A stretch of DNA of 64,000 nucleotides from a virus, in the UHGV virus genome UHGV-0066004; one strand, written 5' to 3'. The notes under the pieces are model-generated. The model searched no databases. It saw only the letters and a program-made list of their open reading frames with translations, and was not told the DNA's origin. Shown one piece after another: positions 26,298 to 36,391 of this stretch; position 1 is the first letter of the stretch, and each line of letters opens with the position of its first letter. Position numbers and translations under genes: made by a program.

Positions 26298-27083
26298 TTA
26301 GTTCTTTGCGTCTAAGAAGGTAACTTCTGGTGAAGAGAAGATTGCCTCGATATCCTCATCAGTTCTTGCATAGATATAAGCTTCTGCATCACTACCAAAT
26401 GTTACAGCAATTCTGTGATTGCTCTTTGACAGGTGGGTAACTAGAGCGTTACTTAGAGACATCTTTTCAACCGGAGGGTTACTTTGATGTATCTTACCTT
26501 TTCTTCGTCTGAAGAGGGTAACTGCGTTATCTGTGAACACTGCTACACCTGCAAAGTATTCTGGTTCACAGTAGTTCTTCCAACCTGAGCGTAACTTGTG
26601 GTACATCTCGCCTTCATAGACATACAGATAAACATCTACACTCTTCATCACCTGATTGATGATAACTGTGATGGCTTGAGGGTCAAGTCCACCGATACCT
26701 GCACCAATCATAGGTAAACCAACTTTCTTCAACTGATTAACTTCACAGTATCTGTTAAGCTGTTTCAAAGATGACTCTAAAGCACTGTATCGGGCATCTT
26801 TACCAGTCTTAAGCTGAGTGTAAAGGTTAGCTATACGACCTTGTTTTAAGCGTGCTACAGAGAAATTACCTAGTAAATTCTCACAGGGTTTGTGACCTAT
26901 ACCACCTGCATAGAGATAAACTTCTGTATCGGTCTCATATGCTTTTGGGTAAAGTTTAGAAATCTTGTCAGCGATACCTGCGCCCATTAGGTTCATGCAG
27001 TTACAACCATGACCAATGATGTCAAACTTACCTTTATCAAATGCAGCAAAGATATCACCATTGATGATTTTTACAATACCCAT
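26298..27083 (-). CDS. macro-domain protein (ADP-ribose binding or hydrolase) with C-terminal extension
   Basis: N-terminal NGDIF...DIIGHGCNCMNLMGAGIADKI and LPMIGAGIGGL match macro-domain glycine-rich motifs. Confidence 0.6.
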   Translation of the reverse strand: MGIVKIINGDIFAAFDKGKFDIIGHGCNCMNLMGAGIADKISKLYPKAYETDTEVYLYAGGIGHKPCENLLGNFSVARLKQGRIANLYTQLKTGKDARYSALESSLKQLNRYCEVNQLKKVGLPMIGAGIGGLDPQAITVIINQVMKSVDVYLYVYEGEMYHKLRSGWKNYCEPEYFAGVAVFTDNAVTLFRRRKGKIHQSNPPVEKMSLSNALVTHLSKSNHRIAVTFGSDAEAYIYARTDEDIEAIFSSPEVTFLDAKN

Positions 27084-27284
27084 TTAGCATCTCTCCCAAG
27101 ATTCTTTATCTTCTGAAGGTTTTACACGTTGCCCCTCATGGTCTACCCAGATGCACCCACAACCTTCACAGATTACTGGCATTGCATAACCAGCTTTAAA
27201 ATCATCTTCAGTGATAAGACCTTTTAAGTCACCTGTATCACGTCCGAACATTTCGATAGAACAGTCTTTACAGAAGTCAGCCAT
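27084..27284 (-). CDS. small Cys-rich (zinc-binding?) protein
   Basis: Start set to MADFCKDCS; CxxC and CEGCGC motifs. Confidence 0.4.
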   Translation of the reverse strand: MADFCKDCSIEMFGRDTGDLKGLITEDDFKAGYAMPVICEGCGCIWVDHEGQRVKPSEDKESWERC

Positions 27285-27504
27285 GAATAATTGCCTCTTG
27301 AATGATGATACCTTTACCACAACGACTTTTAAAGTCTTCCAATGGTTCAGAGATGAAGCCACGTAAGCAGTCAGTGAATACTAAGTTCTTCCTGTAAGCT
27401 ATCACATCATTTGCTGTAAATGGGATGACCTCATTTCGTCCAATGAATACTGCTGACCTTATAAGTTTTCGTGTCTTTTTATCTCTGGCTAGTATTACTT
27501 TCAT
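27277..27504 (-). CDS. hypothetical protein
   Basis: ORF in track. Confidence 0.4.
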   Translation of the reverse strand: MKVILARDKKTRKLIRSAVFIGRNEVIPFTANDVIAYRKNLVFTDCLRGFISEPLEDFKSRCGKGIIIQEAIIHG

Positions 27505-27805
27505 AGTTTACCTTCTCAGTTAGTTCATATAAATCAACATGCTCAATACTGTCAATGTTGATATCAATCTTTTTGAAACGCTCCATCACTTCGTTATCAG
27601 TCATCCATATCAGACACCAATGATTCTGGATGGATTCTTCAAGAAGGTCAACACAATCTTTAAAGGTTTTTGTATCACTTCTTGTTCCTACTACTGCGAT
27701 TGTTCCATATAGCCACTTACCATTGCCATAAGATACTTGTGCTACGCCAACTTCTTTACCTTTCTCATAGTAAACGGCTACAAAGTCTCTTCCATTAATC
27801 TGCAT
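27479..27805 (-). CDS. hypothetical protein
   Basis: ORF in track. Confidence 0.45.
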   Translation of the reverse strand: MQINGRDFVAVYYEKGKEVGVAQVSYGNGKWLYGTIAVVGTRSDTKTFKDCVDLLEESIQNHWCLIWMTDNEVMERFKKIDINIDSIEHVDLYELTEKVNYESNTSQR

Positions 27806-27807
27806 AG

Positions 27808-28077
27808 TTACTTCCTCGTTTTAAGAACTGCTAAGATTTCTTTAGAATCTGGTAAGAACCATGTGTAGTGATTCTCTTTGATTTCTGGATGAGTGTCAAC
27901 CTTTATTTTGCACTCTTTACCAACATGTTTAAGCTGTGCTGTGACACCTTGCATAAAGATATGGCACATCACATTATCCATAATGGTTGGTGAGAAATCA
28001 ATTCGCATATAAGTCTCTTTTGGTCGTGGTAACAGTAAGTATCCTTCTACGTAAAAAGTATCTTGATTCTCTGTCAT
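27808..28077 (-). CDS. hypothetical protein
   Basis: ORF in track. Confidence 0.45.
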   Translation of the reverse strand: MTENQDTFYVEGYLLLPRPKETYMRIDFSPTIMDNVMCHIFMQGVTAQLKHVGKECKIKVDTHPEIKENHYTWFLPDSKEILAVLKTRK

Positions 28078-28343
28078 TGCTGCTTATTCCCTAATAAAAT
28101 CATGTCAATAAGGTTGTTAGCTTTGATTGTGCACTGGTAAAAGCCGTCACGATAGAACTCAAGGGCTGCTGCTACATCGCTGCCTGTGTTGCCTTTGATG
28201 ATATACCGTGATTCTTCTTGGGTGTACTTATCACCCTCACTTACTTGGGAGTTTTTGAATGTACTGCTCACTTTGTTCGTTGAACACCCTGACATAGTTA
28301 TCAGTAACACAAACATTATAAAACTCTGGCTTAGTTTTTTCAT
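28074..28343 (-). CDS. putative lipoprotein
   Basis: Signal peptide with lipobox (ITMSGC). Confidence 0.5.
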   Translation of the reverse strand: MKKLSQSFIMFVLLITMSGCSTNKVSSTFKNSQVSEGDKYTQEESRYIIKGNTGSDVAAALEFYRDGFYQCTIKANNLIDMILLGNKQQ

Positions 28344-28584
28344 ATGTTAGTACCTCTTTTGTATGCTTATTCTTAGCAAGCACATCTTTCAAATCATTTT
28401 TGTAATTGGTGCTGAGTGTGGCTAAACCTTCCTGATAAGCATCTTTAGCAACACTTATTAGTTTCTCATTATTTAGCTCAGTTTCAGCAACTTGATAGTC
28501 TCTGTAAGAGTATCCTCCCCAGACACCTGCACCAACTAAGAAAACAATTATGAAAGTAGCTTGACAGAACTCTTTAAATGTCAT
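28237..28584 (-). CDS. membrane-anchored protein (3' end overlaps lipoprotein gene)
   Basis: N-terminal TM helix; 107-nt out-of-frame overlap with 28074..28343 is unusual. Confidence 0.4.
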   Translation of the reverse strand: MTFKEFCQATFIIVFLVGAGVWGGYSYRDYQVAETELNNEKLISVAKDAYQEGLATLSTNYKNDLKDVLAKNKHTKEVLTYEKTKPEFYNVCVTDNYVRVFNEQSEQYIQKLPSK

Positions 28585-28603
28585 TTAACAATCTCCTAAA
28601 ATG

Positions 28604-28624
28604 AAAAAGGCTCCCGAAGGAGCC
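28604..28624 (-). terminator. intrinsic terminator with UUCG tetraloop
   Basis: Minus strand GGCTCC-UUCG-GGAGCC followed by U-run. Confidence 0.6.
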
Positions 28625-28636
28625 TGTATCTTAACC

Positions 28637-29101
28637 TTAACCGAGGACTTTAGCAAGGATATTCGCAGCCATCGAAGAAGCTTTTGCAGCAGCAACTACG
28701 CCAGCTTTGACAGTGCTATCCTTAATAGCAGATACCGTTGCAGCATCAGTAAAGAGATAAGTGATTGTTTTAGAACCACTTGTAAAGGAAAGCATAAGAG
28801 TAGTTTCCAGATTGAAAGAGCGATACGGAGCACCTTCTTTAACGATACCTTCAGCACCTAACTCTGAAGCCTTGCCCATATCATAGATAGTCATCAGGTT
28901 TTCTTTGTGTGCTGTGGTTGAGCCAGAACCTTTTACGTGTTTCTTAACATTCAAAAGAGCACGATACTCTCGGATGTTACCGTCTGCTTTTACGTTGACA
29001 GCACGGAAAATTTTACCCTCAAAGTTGCTCTTGATAATGTTACGAACTACTTCAGATTTGTTTGCCGTAACGTCCAGTGCTACCGTAATGATATTGTTCA
29101 T
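28637..29101 (-). CDS. hypothetical protein
   Basis: 154-aa ORF. Confidence 0.5.
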   Translation of the reverse strand: MNNIITVALDVTANKSEVVRNIIKSNFEGKIFRAVNVKADGNIREYRALLNVKKHVKGSGSTTAHKENLMTIYDMGKASELGAEGIVKEGAPYRSFNLETTLMLSFTSGSKTITYLFTDAATVSAIKDSTVKAGVVAAAKASSMAANILAKVLG

Positions 29102-29111
29102 AAGTTTTCTC

Positions 29112-29807
29112 TCAATGTTTAACTAACATGGTTTTGATGTGTGGAAGTATTCTGTTCACCTTCTGCACATTCTTCTCTGTGTCTTCTATAAAACATACTA
29201 TATTAAAGTAAGGCAGAATACAAGACTGAATCATCCTCACTTTCAAACTTTCTGCACTTATAGAGTTAGTCCCAAAACCACGCATAAAAAGCATGTAGTC
29301 ATGCTCTGTGTTATGCCTTAAAAACATCTCAGTAGGTATTCTCTGAGATTCACCTCTCGCTGTCAAGAGTCCAATGGCAGCATGATTAGCAATTGCATCA
29401 ATAATACTAAAGACATACGTTGGTTTTGCTCTTACAGAGTCAAGAAGATTAGTGTACTGTGAGAATGACCCATCAGTCAATTCCGTTGAGCAATCTTCGT
29501 GATTAAAATTTGTAAGAACACCATCAATATCTGCTAAGATGAGGTTACCTTTTTCTACAAGGTCTTTATTGACTATGACTAAGCTATCACGACTTACACC
29601 TATAGTTTGTCCAGTCTCTTTATCTACAACATTCACAATTGGCTCTGATGTGTGGAACTCTTCGAGTGAACATACAACTTCTCTTGCAGTGTCTTCAAAA
29701 TCCCTACACTGTTCTGGAGTCCATACACAGGAATCAAGACCTAACTCATGAGGATGTAAGTCGTAAGCATGACACAGTACTTCATCAGACTTTTTTAATT
29801 TTTTCAT
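29112..29807 (-). CDS. HAD-superfamily hydrolase (putative nucleotidase or phosphatase)
   Basis: LILADIDGVLTNF matches HAD motif I (DxDGV). Confidence 0.45.
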   Translation of the reverse strand: MKKLKKSDEVLCHAYDLHPHELGLDSCVWTPEQCRDFEDTAREVVCSLEEFHTSEPIVNVVDKETGQTIGVSRDSLVIVNKDLVEKGNLILADIDGVLTNFNHEDCSTELTDGSFSQYTNLLDSVRAKPTYVFSIIDAIANHAAIGLLTARGESQRIPTEMFLRHNTEHDYMLFMRGFGTNSISAESLKVRMIQSCILPYFNIVCFIEDTEKNVQKVNRILPHIKTMLVKH

Positions 29808-30333
29808 GGTTTACCTTAGAAATGTTTATTGCAAATTCACATTGAGCAATGACTTTCATGTTGTTATAGACATCTTGAGAATATTTCTTAGCTTTAGGGA
29901 TTTTGTACGAATACCCAGCATTATATGATGCTAAAACTTTTTGTAAAGTCTTCTTTGACTTTGGCTGACCATGCACCTTTGTCCAAAACTCAAGCTCTTT
30001 GTGAGTTTCCTTCGCAGCATAGTCAAAGTCTTTTAAGAGTTTCTTTTTAGCCACATTAGGACTAATTTTGTTACGCTTTACAACAGTCTTCAAGTGATTC
30101 TGGAAGATACCATAATCATGTGTCTTTTTATTCTCTACCTTCAGACCTAACTCTGACTCTTGTAAGGCTATAGCAGCTAGAGTGATACCCCAACCTTTAC
30201 CCATGTTATTCTCACCATACTGGTAAGCTTTTAACATGTTTACTTTTTGGCTAATTGATAGCTCTGGGCAGTCAACTGCATAAGATAAGTGTGCTGTAAA
30301 CATTAAGCACAAACCTAGAATCAATTTCTTCAT
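29785..30333 (-). CDS. secreted lysozyme or lytic transglycosylase-like protein
   Basis: N-terminal signal peptide; AIALQESELG...DYGIFQ resembles SLT-domain catalytic region. Confidence 0.4.
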   Translation of the reverse strand: MKKLILGLCLMFTAHLSYAVDCPELSISQKVNMLKAYQYGENNMGKGWGITLAAIALQESELGLKVENKKTHDYGIFQNHLKTVVKRNKISPNVAKKKLLKDFDYAAKETHKELEFWTKVHGQPKSKKTLQKVLASYNAGYSYKIPKAKKYSQDVYNNMKVIAQCEFAINISKVNHEKIKKV

Positions 30334-30433
30334 TGGTTCTCCTGTTTAGTTTATCGTGACAACAATTATACAGCACTCTGCACAAAATACAAATAAAAAA
30401 GGCCGCCGAAGCAGCCTTTTAAGAAATTACTTA

Positions 30434-31543
30434 TTAGATTTCACGTTTACGTTGGGAGATTAGTTCACCAGCAGTGCCAACGATGACATGCAAAGCTTCA
30501 GTCTTGCCATCCCATTCTTTCAGCACTTTACGTTGATTATCAACGATTGCTGCAACTTCATAACGAGACGAACGCATCTTCATATCGTTGTAATCAGTTG
30601 GAACAGATACAACATCTCGTGGATGGACACGAACCTTCAGGATTGTATCACCTGAGAAGCAACGAACATAATCCCAAGCACCAACGTGAAGACCCTGAGA
30701 GCAAGTCACGTTACGGTTATTATCAACCATCCAACGTGGCATTTCTACAATGTTACCCAAATCATTAGGTACTCTGTAGGTGTGGGAGTCAACCAGCTTG
30801 CCTTCATGAGTAGAGACTTTCTTCCAACCAATGATGTAGCCTTCTTCATCAATTTCAACATCAAGGTGAGATACGAATCCCCAAAGTTGTTCTACAGAGT
30901 CTTTAGATGGGTTTTCCATCAGTTTTTCGAAGAACATCACAAGGCGTTCAAAACCCTTATCTCCAGTCTTCATCATGTGAAGAATACGGTCAACCAGAGT
31001 AGAACGCATCTCAACAGCACCGTAGAATAACTTGTCACCTTTGATGGTGATAGCACCCTGAGTGAAGTTTTCGATAGACTTACGAATGTTCATCAGTTCG
31101 AAAGCTTTCTTATACTCACCGGATACAACAGCCATCACGATTTCTTTGTAGTTCGGATGGGTAGATTCAACGATTTCAGAATCTGCACCGAAAGTCATGA
31201 TAACAGAGTCGCCAGTAATCATGTACTCAATCTGGTTGCCATTCTGCATAGCTTCATGCAGTTTATTTACCGGAGCTTTCTGTACAGGCTCTTTAACAAC
31301 CTTTTCAACTGGTTTGTCAGCTTTCTTTTTAACTGATTTAGCAACTTGCTTCAAAGTCTTCGTAGCTGGTTTAGAAGCTACCTTTTTCTTACCTTTTAAG
31401 GTTGCTTCATGACGCTCTACAGCACGACCAACTGAACGGGTTGAAGTATTGAACTTCTGTGCAATAGCTGTTTTAGTCAGCTTACCTTCTTTAACCAGTT
31501 CGTAAATTTCTGCGTCAATCTGTGCTTTAGTTTTAGTAGTCAT
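30434..31543 (-). CDS. rIIB-like protein (tentative)
   Basis: 369-aa ORF immediately downstream of rIIA-like gene; assignment mostly by synteny. Confidence 0.35.
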   Translation of the reverse strand: MTTKTKAQIDAEIYELVKEGKLTKTAIAQKFNTSTRSVGRAVERHEATLKGKKKVASKPATKTLKQVAKSVKKKADKPVEKVVKEPVQKAPVNKLHEAMQNGNQIEYMITGDSVIMTFGADSEIVESTHPNYKEIVMAVVSGEYKKAFELMNIRKSIENFTQGAITIKGDKLFYGAVEMRSTLVDRILHMMKTGDKGFERLVMFFEKLMENPSKDSVEQLWGFVSHLDVEIDEEGYIIGWKKVSTHEGKLVDSHTYRVPNDLGNIVEMPRWMVDNNRNVTCSQGLHVGAWDYVRCFSGDTILKVRVHPRDVVSVPTDYNDMKMRSSRYEVAAIVDNQRKVLKEWDGKTEALHVIVGTAGELISQRKREI

Positions 31544-31622
31544 CTTATTACTCTCTCTTGTTAGTTAATAAATCATTTTGTAAGGCTATTCTAAGGGGCT
31601 TCGAAGCCCCTTGTCAAACACT

Positions 31623-33989
31623 TTAATCGTAAATTGTAGTTCCTTCTGGAACACACTTCACATCAAAACCTAAGAACTTACTCACTTCGATGGGTGACAC
31701 TTTATTCCAATCTAAATGAGAAAGCAAGAAGTTTTCTTGTTTTCTTTTTGAAAGATAGTTTGTCAGTTTGATAACCATGCGGTCACCCGCTTTCTTAATC
31801 TTTTTGTACAGTTTTGTATCATTGTCAAGGCATGACTTCAAATCCTGAAGAACACTGATAGTGTAAGTGTATGCAAACGGTGCAGCCACATACTGAATCT
31901 TACCAAACATTGCCTCAACAGCATTCTCATTACCTTCTAAGAAGATGGTTTTGTTTGTATCTCGTGAATAGCAATACCCGCGAGAAGTCTTCTTGTTATT
32001 AAACGTAAAGTTTCTGGCAATAATCCAACTACTTGTAAGGTCAAGGACACCATTCATATAGATACGTGTCATATACCTGTTATGATTAATCCAGTGAACA
32101 TCAGTTAAGCTGTCATTCAATAGCTTCTCATCTACTTCAATCCAGTCTTCTGGTATCTTTTTCCAATTTGCTTTTCGGAAAACATAGACTGTTTTTCCTA
32201 TAACATTAGCAATTGTTTTAGCTACATCTTCTGGGGATGAGCAAAAACATTCACCATCAACTGTGTCGCCTACTGCCTTGATATAAAGCTGGGGTTCTTC
32301 AATTGTATCTAGGTCTTCTGACACCTCTGTGTATGAAGCTTTAGTTTCTGATGGAACAGCTTTCCAGAGTTTTACAACACCCCTCACAGCTTCTTTACGC
32401 TGATAATGGTGTTCCTTATCAGACATCTTCACAATCTTTAACAAACTTTTATCAAGCTTGTGTAGATTGATTAAATCATCTAACTCTTTTTCAGTCGAGA
32501 ATACAAACACAATACCATTGTATCTGTGGAACAGGCTTGACTCGTTAGCGTAGTCTCGACATGCACCACGCAGAATCTGATTGCGGCCTACAGTCTTCTC
32601 AGTGCCATTTTTATTACGACGGTCATTAATCACGAACAAAAACTGTTCAATTTGGCTTTTACGCATTGCACCAAAGATATTGAACATACTTGCCTCTTGA
32701 GTGTAGGAAAGTGCTGTTGCACGAATCTTACTCTCTAAAGAGTTGAACTTGACATAAGCAACTGGATTATAAAGATAATCCAGTTTAGGGATATTGTTCC
32801 CGTTCCTATCAACCTTGATATTACCTTTACCGTCACGTTCATAAATGACTGAGCCGTCTTCTGCGTAGATAATCCCACGACGAATGTTTAGTAATTCTTC
32901 TTCCAGAGAATCAAGCTTAATGCCTCCCCACTCTAGCTTTGGACACACAGCATTAAACATCTCTCGTGAGTTCAAACGTAACTCAGCATAAGCCTGTGCA
33001 GCATCCATGAGTGTAGGTTGGTTGTTAACTTTCTTGATAACATCCTTTGTAATGGCTTCAGTTATCTTTTTAGTAGCCTCAATGATAACATTTTTTGTCG
33101 TGTCATTCATCTGCAATGCTTCACGAGAAGCTGCAATAGCCACTGAACCAATAGGCATGTAGATGTTTACAAGGTCTACGCTCCTACGGAAAAACTCTGG
33201 CAAGACTTTGAAGAAATCATCACCAAGTAATGCTTCCATGTTCACTGGGTAGGCAATATTACCCATCACCACATTAAACTCTGTCCTGTTGCCACTAGAA
33301 CGCCAGCTTTGCTTATGAATCATAGCATCATAAACACCCTCTTCACGGGCAATGACATTCATATCTGCTAATACATCATCATATACAATGTTACTTTCTG
33401 GTTTTACAGCAAAGTATGAGTATACGTGACCAGCCTCTTCAAAGAACTTTGAAATACGATGGTCAGCAACTGCCACACGTACAGCTAAACCATTGGGTTC
33501 ATTTGTTGGGTTGGTAGTAAGCTTAGTTACTTGAGGGATACCATTCTCAAGGTAAACAGAGTACTTATTAACAACACCATCAACATAGCTAGATACTGTG
33601 AATGACTGAGCAATTGCAAATGGGGATTTTGAGCCGATACCCATTGCACCAATGTAATCATTGGAGTCATTCTTCGTAGAAGCCCCATAGTTCAGATACA
33701 AACTCATTACTTTGTCATGGGTTAAACCAGTTCCAAAGTCACGGACTTCAAAGTAAGGCTCAAATCGAGTAGGTAAATGCACATGGAATGGGATGTTCTC
33801 TTTTCCAGCTTCTTTTTGAGCATCTACTGCGTTACATGACAGTTCACGAATCACTGCCCTTTCTTTGAATGTGTATACACCTGAACTCAAAAGGCTGAAC
33901 ATTTCAGGTGTCATTGTAATCTGTGCTTGAGATGTTTCCAAAGAAGTTGAACTCTTAATCACTTCTGCGTGGTCGTTTACCATGCGCAT
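31623..33989 (-). CDS. rIIA: rIIA-like protein with GHKL ATPase N-box
   Basis: 788 aa; N-terminal ELSCNAVDA (ExxxNxxD) and DFGTGL motifs of histidine-kinase-like ATPase fold. Confidence 0.55.
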   Translation of the reverse strand: MRMVNDHAEVIKSSTSLETSQAQITMTPEMFSLLSSGVYTFKERAVIRELSCNAVDAQKEAGKENIPFHVHLPTRFEPYFEVRDFGTGLTHDKVMSLYLNYGASTKNDSNDYIGAMGIGSKSPFAIAQSFTVSSYVDGVVNKYSVYLENGIPQVTKLTTNPTNEPNGLAVRVAVADHRISKFFEEAGHVYSYFAVKPESNIVYDDVLADMNVIAREEGVYDAMIHKQSWRSSGNRTEFNVVMGNIAYPVNMEALLGDDFFKVLPEFFRRSVDLVNIYMPIGSVAIAASREALQMNDTTKNVIIEATKKITEAITKDVIKKVNNQPTLMDAAQAYAELRLNSREMFNAVCPKLEWGGIKLDSLEEELLNIRRGIIYAEDGSVIYERDGKGNIKVDRNGNNIPKLDYLYNPVAYVKFNSLESKIRATALSYTQEASMFNIFGAMRKSQIEQFLFVINDRRNKNGTEKTVGRNQILRGACRDYANESSLFHRYNGIVFVFSTEKELDDLINLHKLDKSLLKIVKMSDKEHHYQRKEAVRGVVKLWKAVPSETKASYTEVSEDLDTIEEPQLYIKAVGDTVDGECFCSSPEDVAKTIANVIGKTVYVFRKANWKKIPEDWIEVDEKLLNDSLTDVHWINHNRYMTRIYMNGVLDLTSSWIIARNFTFNNKKTSRGYCYSRDTNKTIFLEGNENAVEAMFGKIQYVAAPFAYTYTISVLQDLKSCLDNDTKLYKKIKKAGDRMVIKLTNYLSKRKQENFLLSHLDWNKVSPIEVSKFLGFDVKCVPEGTTIYD

Positions 33990-34017
33990 AATACTTTCCT
34001 CTTAGTTTACTGTTAAA

Positions 34018-34194
34018 TTACTTATTAAACATTTTACCAGAACCACCACAAATAGGGCAACAACCTGCTCTTGTGTACCCTTCCCCGTTGCAGTAATCAC
34101 ACTTCTTGTGCTCTGCATAGTACTTGCAAAGAAGGTAAACAAATACTGCTACACTACCAAGTGACAGTAAAATTTCTATCCAATATGCTTGCAT
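34018..34194 (-). CDS. 58-aa membrane protein with zinc-ribbon (CxxC-N11-CxxC)
   Basis: Below track length cutoff; translates as MQAYWIEILLSLGSVAVFVYLLCKYYAEHKKCDYCNGEGYTRAGCCPICGGSGKMFNK. Confidence 0.35.
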   Translation of the reverse strand: MQAYWIEILLSLGSVAVFVYLLCKYYAEHKKCDYCNGEGYTRAGCCPICGGSGKMFNK

Positions 34195-34511
34195 GACTCA
34201 CCTCTCATATTCTTGTAAAGGATAAAGCTTCTGTCATGGACGATACTTGTAGACACTGCAAAGTTACTTTCAAGCATCTGTTTGTTTGGATTGTAGAAGC
34301 TTTCTTTAAACTCGTCAAGTGCAAATTGGTGATGTTGTGGAAGACCTTTTACACAGATTTTTATTGTGATTGCTGCTGCAACCTTACCCGTCAGTTCTTC
34401 TTTAGCTGCTACTAAAATTTTGTTAAGGAATTTATGACCATTTTCAGGTTTCTTAATGTTTTCCCAACGTTCTTCCAAGACAACGTTGATGTTCATCTCT
34501 TTGATTTTCAT
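34176..34511 (-). CDS. hypothetical protein
   Basis: 111-aa ORF. Confidence 0.45.
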   Translation of the reverse strand: MKIKEMNINVVLEERWENIKKPENGHKFLNKILVAAKEELTGKVAAAITIKICVKGLPQHHQFALDEFKESFYNPNKQMLESNFAVSTSIVHDRSFILYKNMRGESCKHIG

Positions 34512-34526
34512 AGTTTTCTCCAGAAA

Positions 34527-34551
34527 TTAAAAAGGCTCCCGTAGGAGCCTC
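34527..34551 (-). terminator. intrinsic terminator after NAMPT-family gene
   Basis: GGCTCC-CGUA-GGAGCC stem followed by U-run on minus strand. Confidence 0.6.
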
Positions 34552-34564
34552 TTATCATATACTT

Positions 34565-36346
34565 TTAAAGCTGCTTGTCAATATTATTTCGAATATCACC
34601 AAGAGTTGTGTAACCGAACTGCTCAGAGTCACTAAAGACTAAACGTAAAGCACAGGCTGGGTGGTCAAGTACATCTGCAAAACTCTGGAATCCATATCCA
34701 TCTACAGCTTTCAGCTTATCACCGTCCCACATAGGTGCTACACCACCAAAGGCAGACTTCTTAACACCACTATCTGTTTTAGGGTCTTTTGCAAGCATAA
34801 TCTCTTTACCACCAATGCTTGCAAGAGTTGCTTTGACAGCAAATGCAAAGGTGTCACGAGTCATGTACTGGTAAGTGTAGGAGCCTACACCAAACACTAC
34901 GTTAGAGCTTGCAAAACCCATTCCATACAGACGCTTCAGGATTTCGTTTGCACGTTCCAGCGTGATAGAATCACCATAGATAAGGCCGATATGCTCATCC
35001 AGTACCTTAAACCCTTTAGAGTTAATAGTTCCCCCAAAGATGTTGTACAGTGTCTTAATAGCTCCATCAATCTCAGCTACAGGACGTGTTACAACGTTTG
35101 CAGAACCAACCATATAAGCATCCTTTAACATCACCGTATCAGCAGCTTCAAAGTCTTCTCTGTCAACAACCATTTCGTAGCCTTCTGACAGTAGCCATCC
35201 AGCAATACCATAGCTGATGTTTTCAAGCTTCATGTTCAGAATAGCATTCAACATTGTGTCACTGGCTTCCAGCTTGCTTAGGTGCTTATAATAAGCCTTC
35301 TTAGCACACTCTAAGTGGATTGCTTTATAACCTGTGACAATATGTACAGGGTCTCCAGAGTCAGGACGAATTACCAGTTTGCCATCACGTTCCATAATTT
35401 CTTTACGGAGTGCTGGTAAGATTTCTGACACAGTTCTCCAGAAGTTATAAGTATCTGAAACAATACTTGCAATACCAGTTGGGTAAGTTTCTGTTAAGAA
35501 ACGACGGAAGGTTTGTAACTCACCTTTAAAGCGTCTTTCTTCTTCAATCAATTCATTACCACCTTCCCAAGCAATGTTTGCACACATTACAGAGTGCTCA
35601 GTGGCTGGTACAGAACTACCAATATCAGAGATTGGGTAAGACTGACCATAGATTCGTTTAGCCGTGTATACAGCAGGGAAGCTATCAGTTCCTTTAAAGC
35701 TGGTTAAGTGACCTACAGCGTTAAATGCGTCATCAGTAAAGCCGGACATACCACGCATAGCAAAGTCATGGCACTGATAAGGCAAATGTAAGTCGTTGTC
35801 ACAAGTAAGGTCAGACCACTTCTTACAGATACGTTTGTAGTGCAATGCAATAGTCGCAATGGTACAAGCCTTCCAAATTTCAGCAGAGAAAGCATCTTCC
35901 AGATAACCTGCTACCCAATGGAAACCTGAAACAGTGTTCTGGAAGACAATCATTGGGACACGCATAGGAACAACTGTACCTTCTTCTACAGCGTATACTT
36001 CAACTGGTAGATAACCTAAGTCGTGAAGTGATTCCCAATGCTCTCGACCGATAGCATCTTTACCCAGAACACCATTCATGACTTCTAAGATTTCGTCAAC
36101 TGCTTCTTTTTTATCACGTTCAAAGAAAGTGGCGTTCCAGTGGTCTATCAGGTAATCTTTAACGAAACGTTGAATACCAAAAGCTACTACACCATCAATT
36201 GCTAAGGGGCTGTTAAACCATTTGTCACTACGTGGTGTCAGGTTGAACATCAAGTATTCTGTTGCACTAGGGTACTGGTAAACATGACCAGATTTGTAAG
36301 CATCTGCGTTTAAACCTGCTGGTACTGCGTAAAGCGATTTAGTCAT
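34565..36346 (-). CDS. nicotinamide phosphoribosyltransferase-family enzyme (NadV or Namat-like)
   Basis: 593 aa; N-terminal NADAYKSGH and overall NAPRTase-fold features typical of NAMPT. Confidence 0.7.
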   Translation of the reverse strand: MTKSLYAVPAGLNADAYKSGHVYQYPSATEYLMFNLTPRSDKWFNSPLAIDGVVAFGIQRFVKDYLIDHWNATFFERDKKEAVDEILEVMNGVLGKDAIGREHWESLHDLGYLPVEVYAVEEGTVVPMRVPMIVFQNTVSGFHWVAGYLEDAFSAEIWKACTIATIALHYKRICKKWSDLTCDNDLHLPYQCHDFAMRGMSGFTDDAFNAVGHLTSFKGTDSFPAVYTAKRIYGQSYPISDIGSSVPATEHSVMCANIAWEGGNELIEEERRFKGELQTFRRFLTETYPTGIASIVSDTYNFWRTVSEILPALRKEIMERDGKLVIRPDSGDPVHIVTGYKAIHLECAKKAYYKHLSKLEASDTMLNAILNMKLENISYGIAGWLLSEGYEMVVDREDFEAADTVMLKDAYMVGSANVVTRPVAEIDGAIKTLYNIFGGTINSKGFKVLDEHIGLIYGDSITLERANEILKRLYGMGFASSNVVFGVGSYTYQYMTRDTFAFAVKATLASIGGKEIMLAKDPKTDSGVKKSAFGGVAPMWDGDKLKAVDGYGFQSFADVLDHPACALRLVFSDSEQFGYTTLGDIRNNIDKQL

Positions 36347-36391
36347 CTTTTAATCTCTCTCAAAATGGGGCTTTCAAGCCCCTATAAAGTT

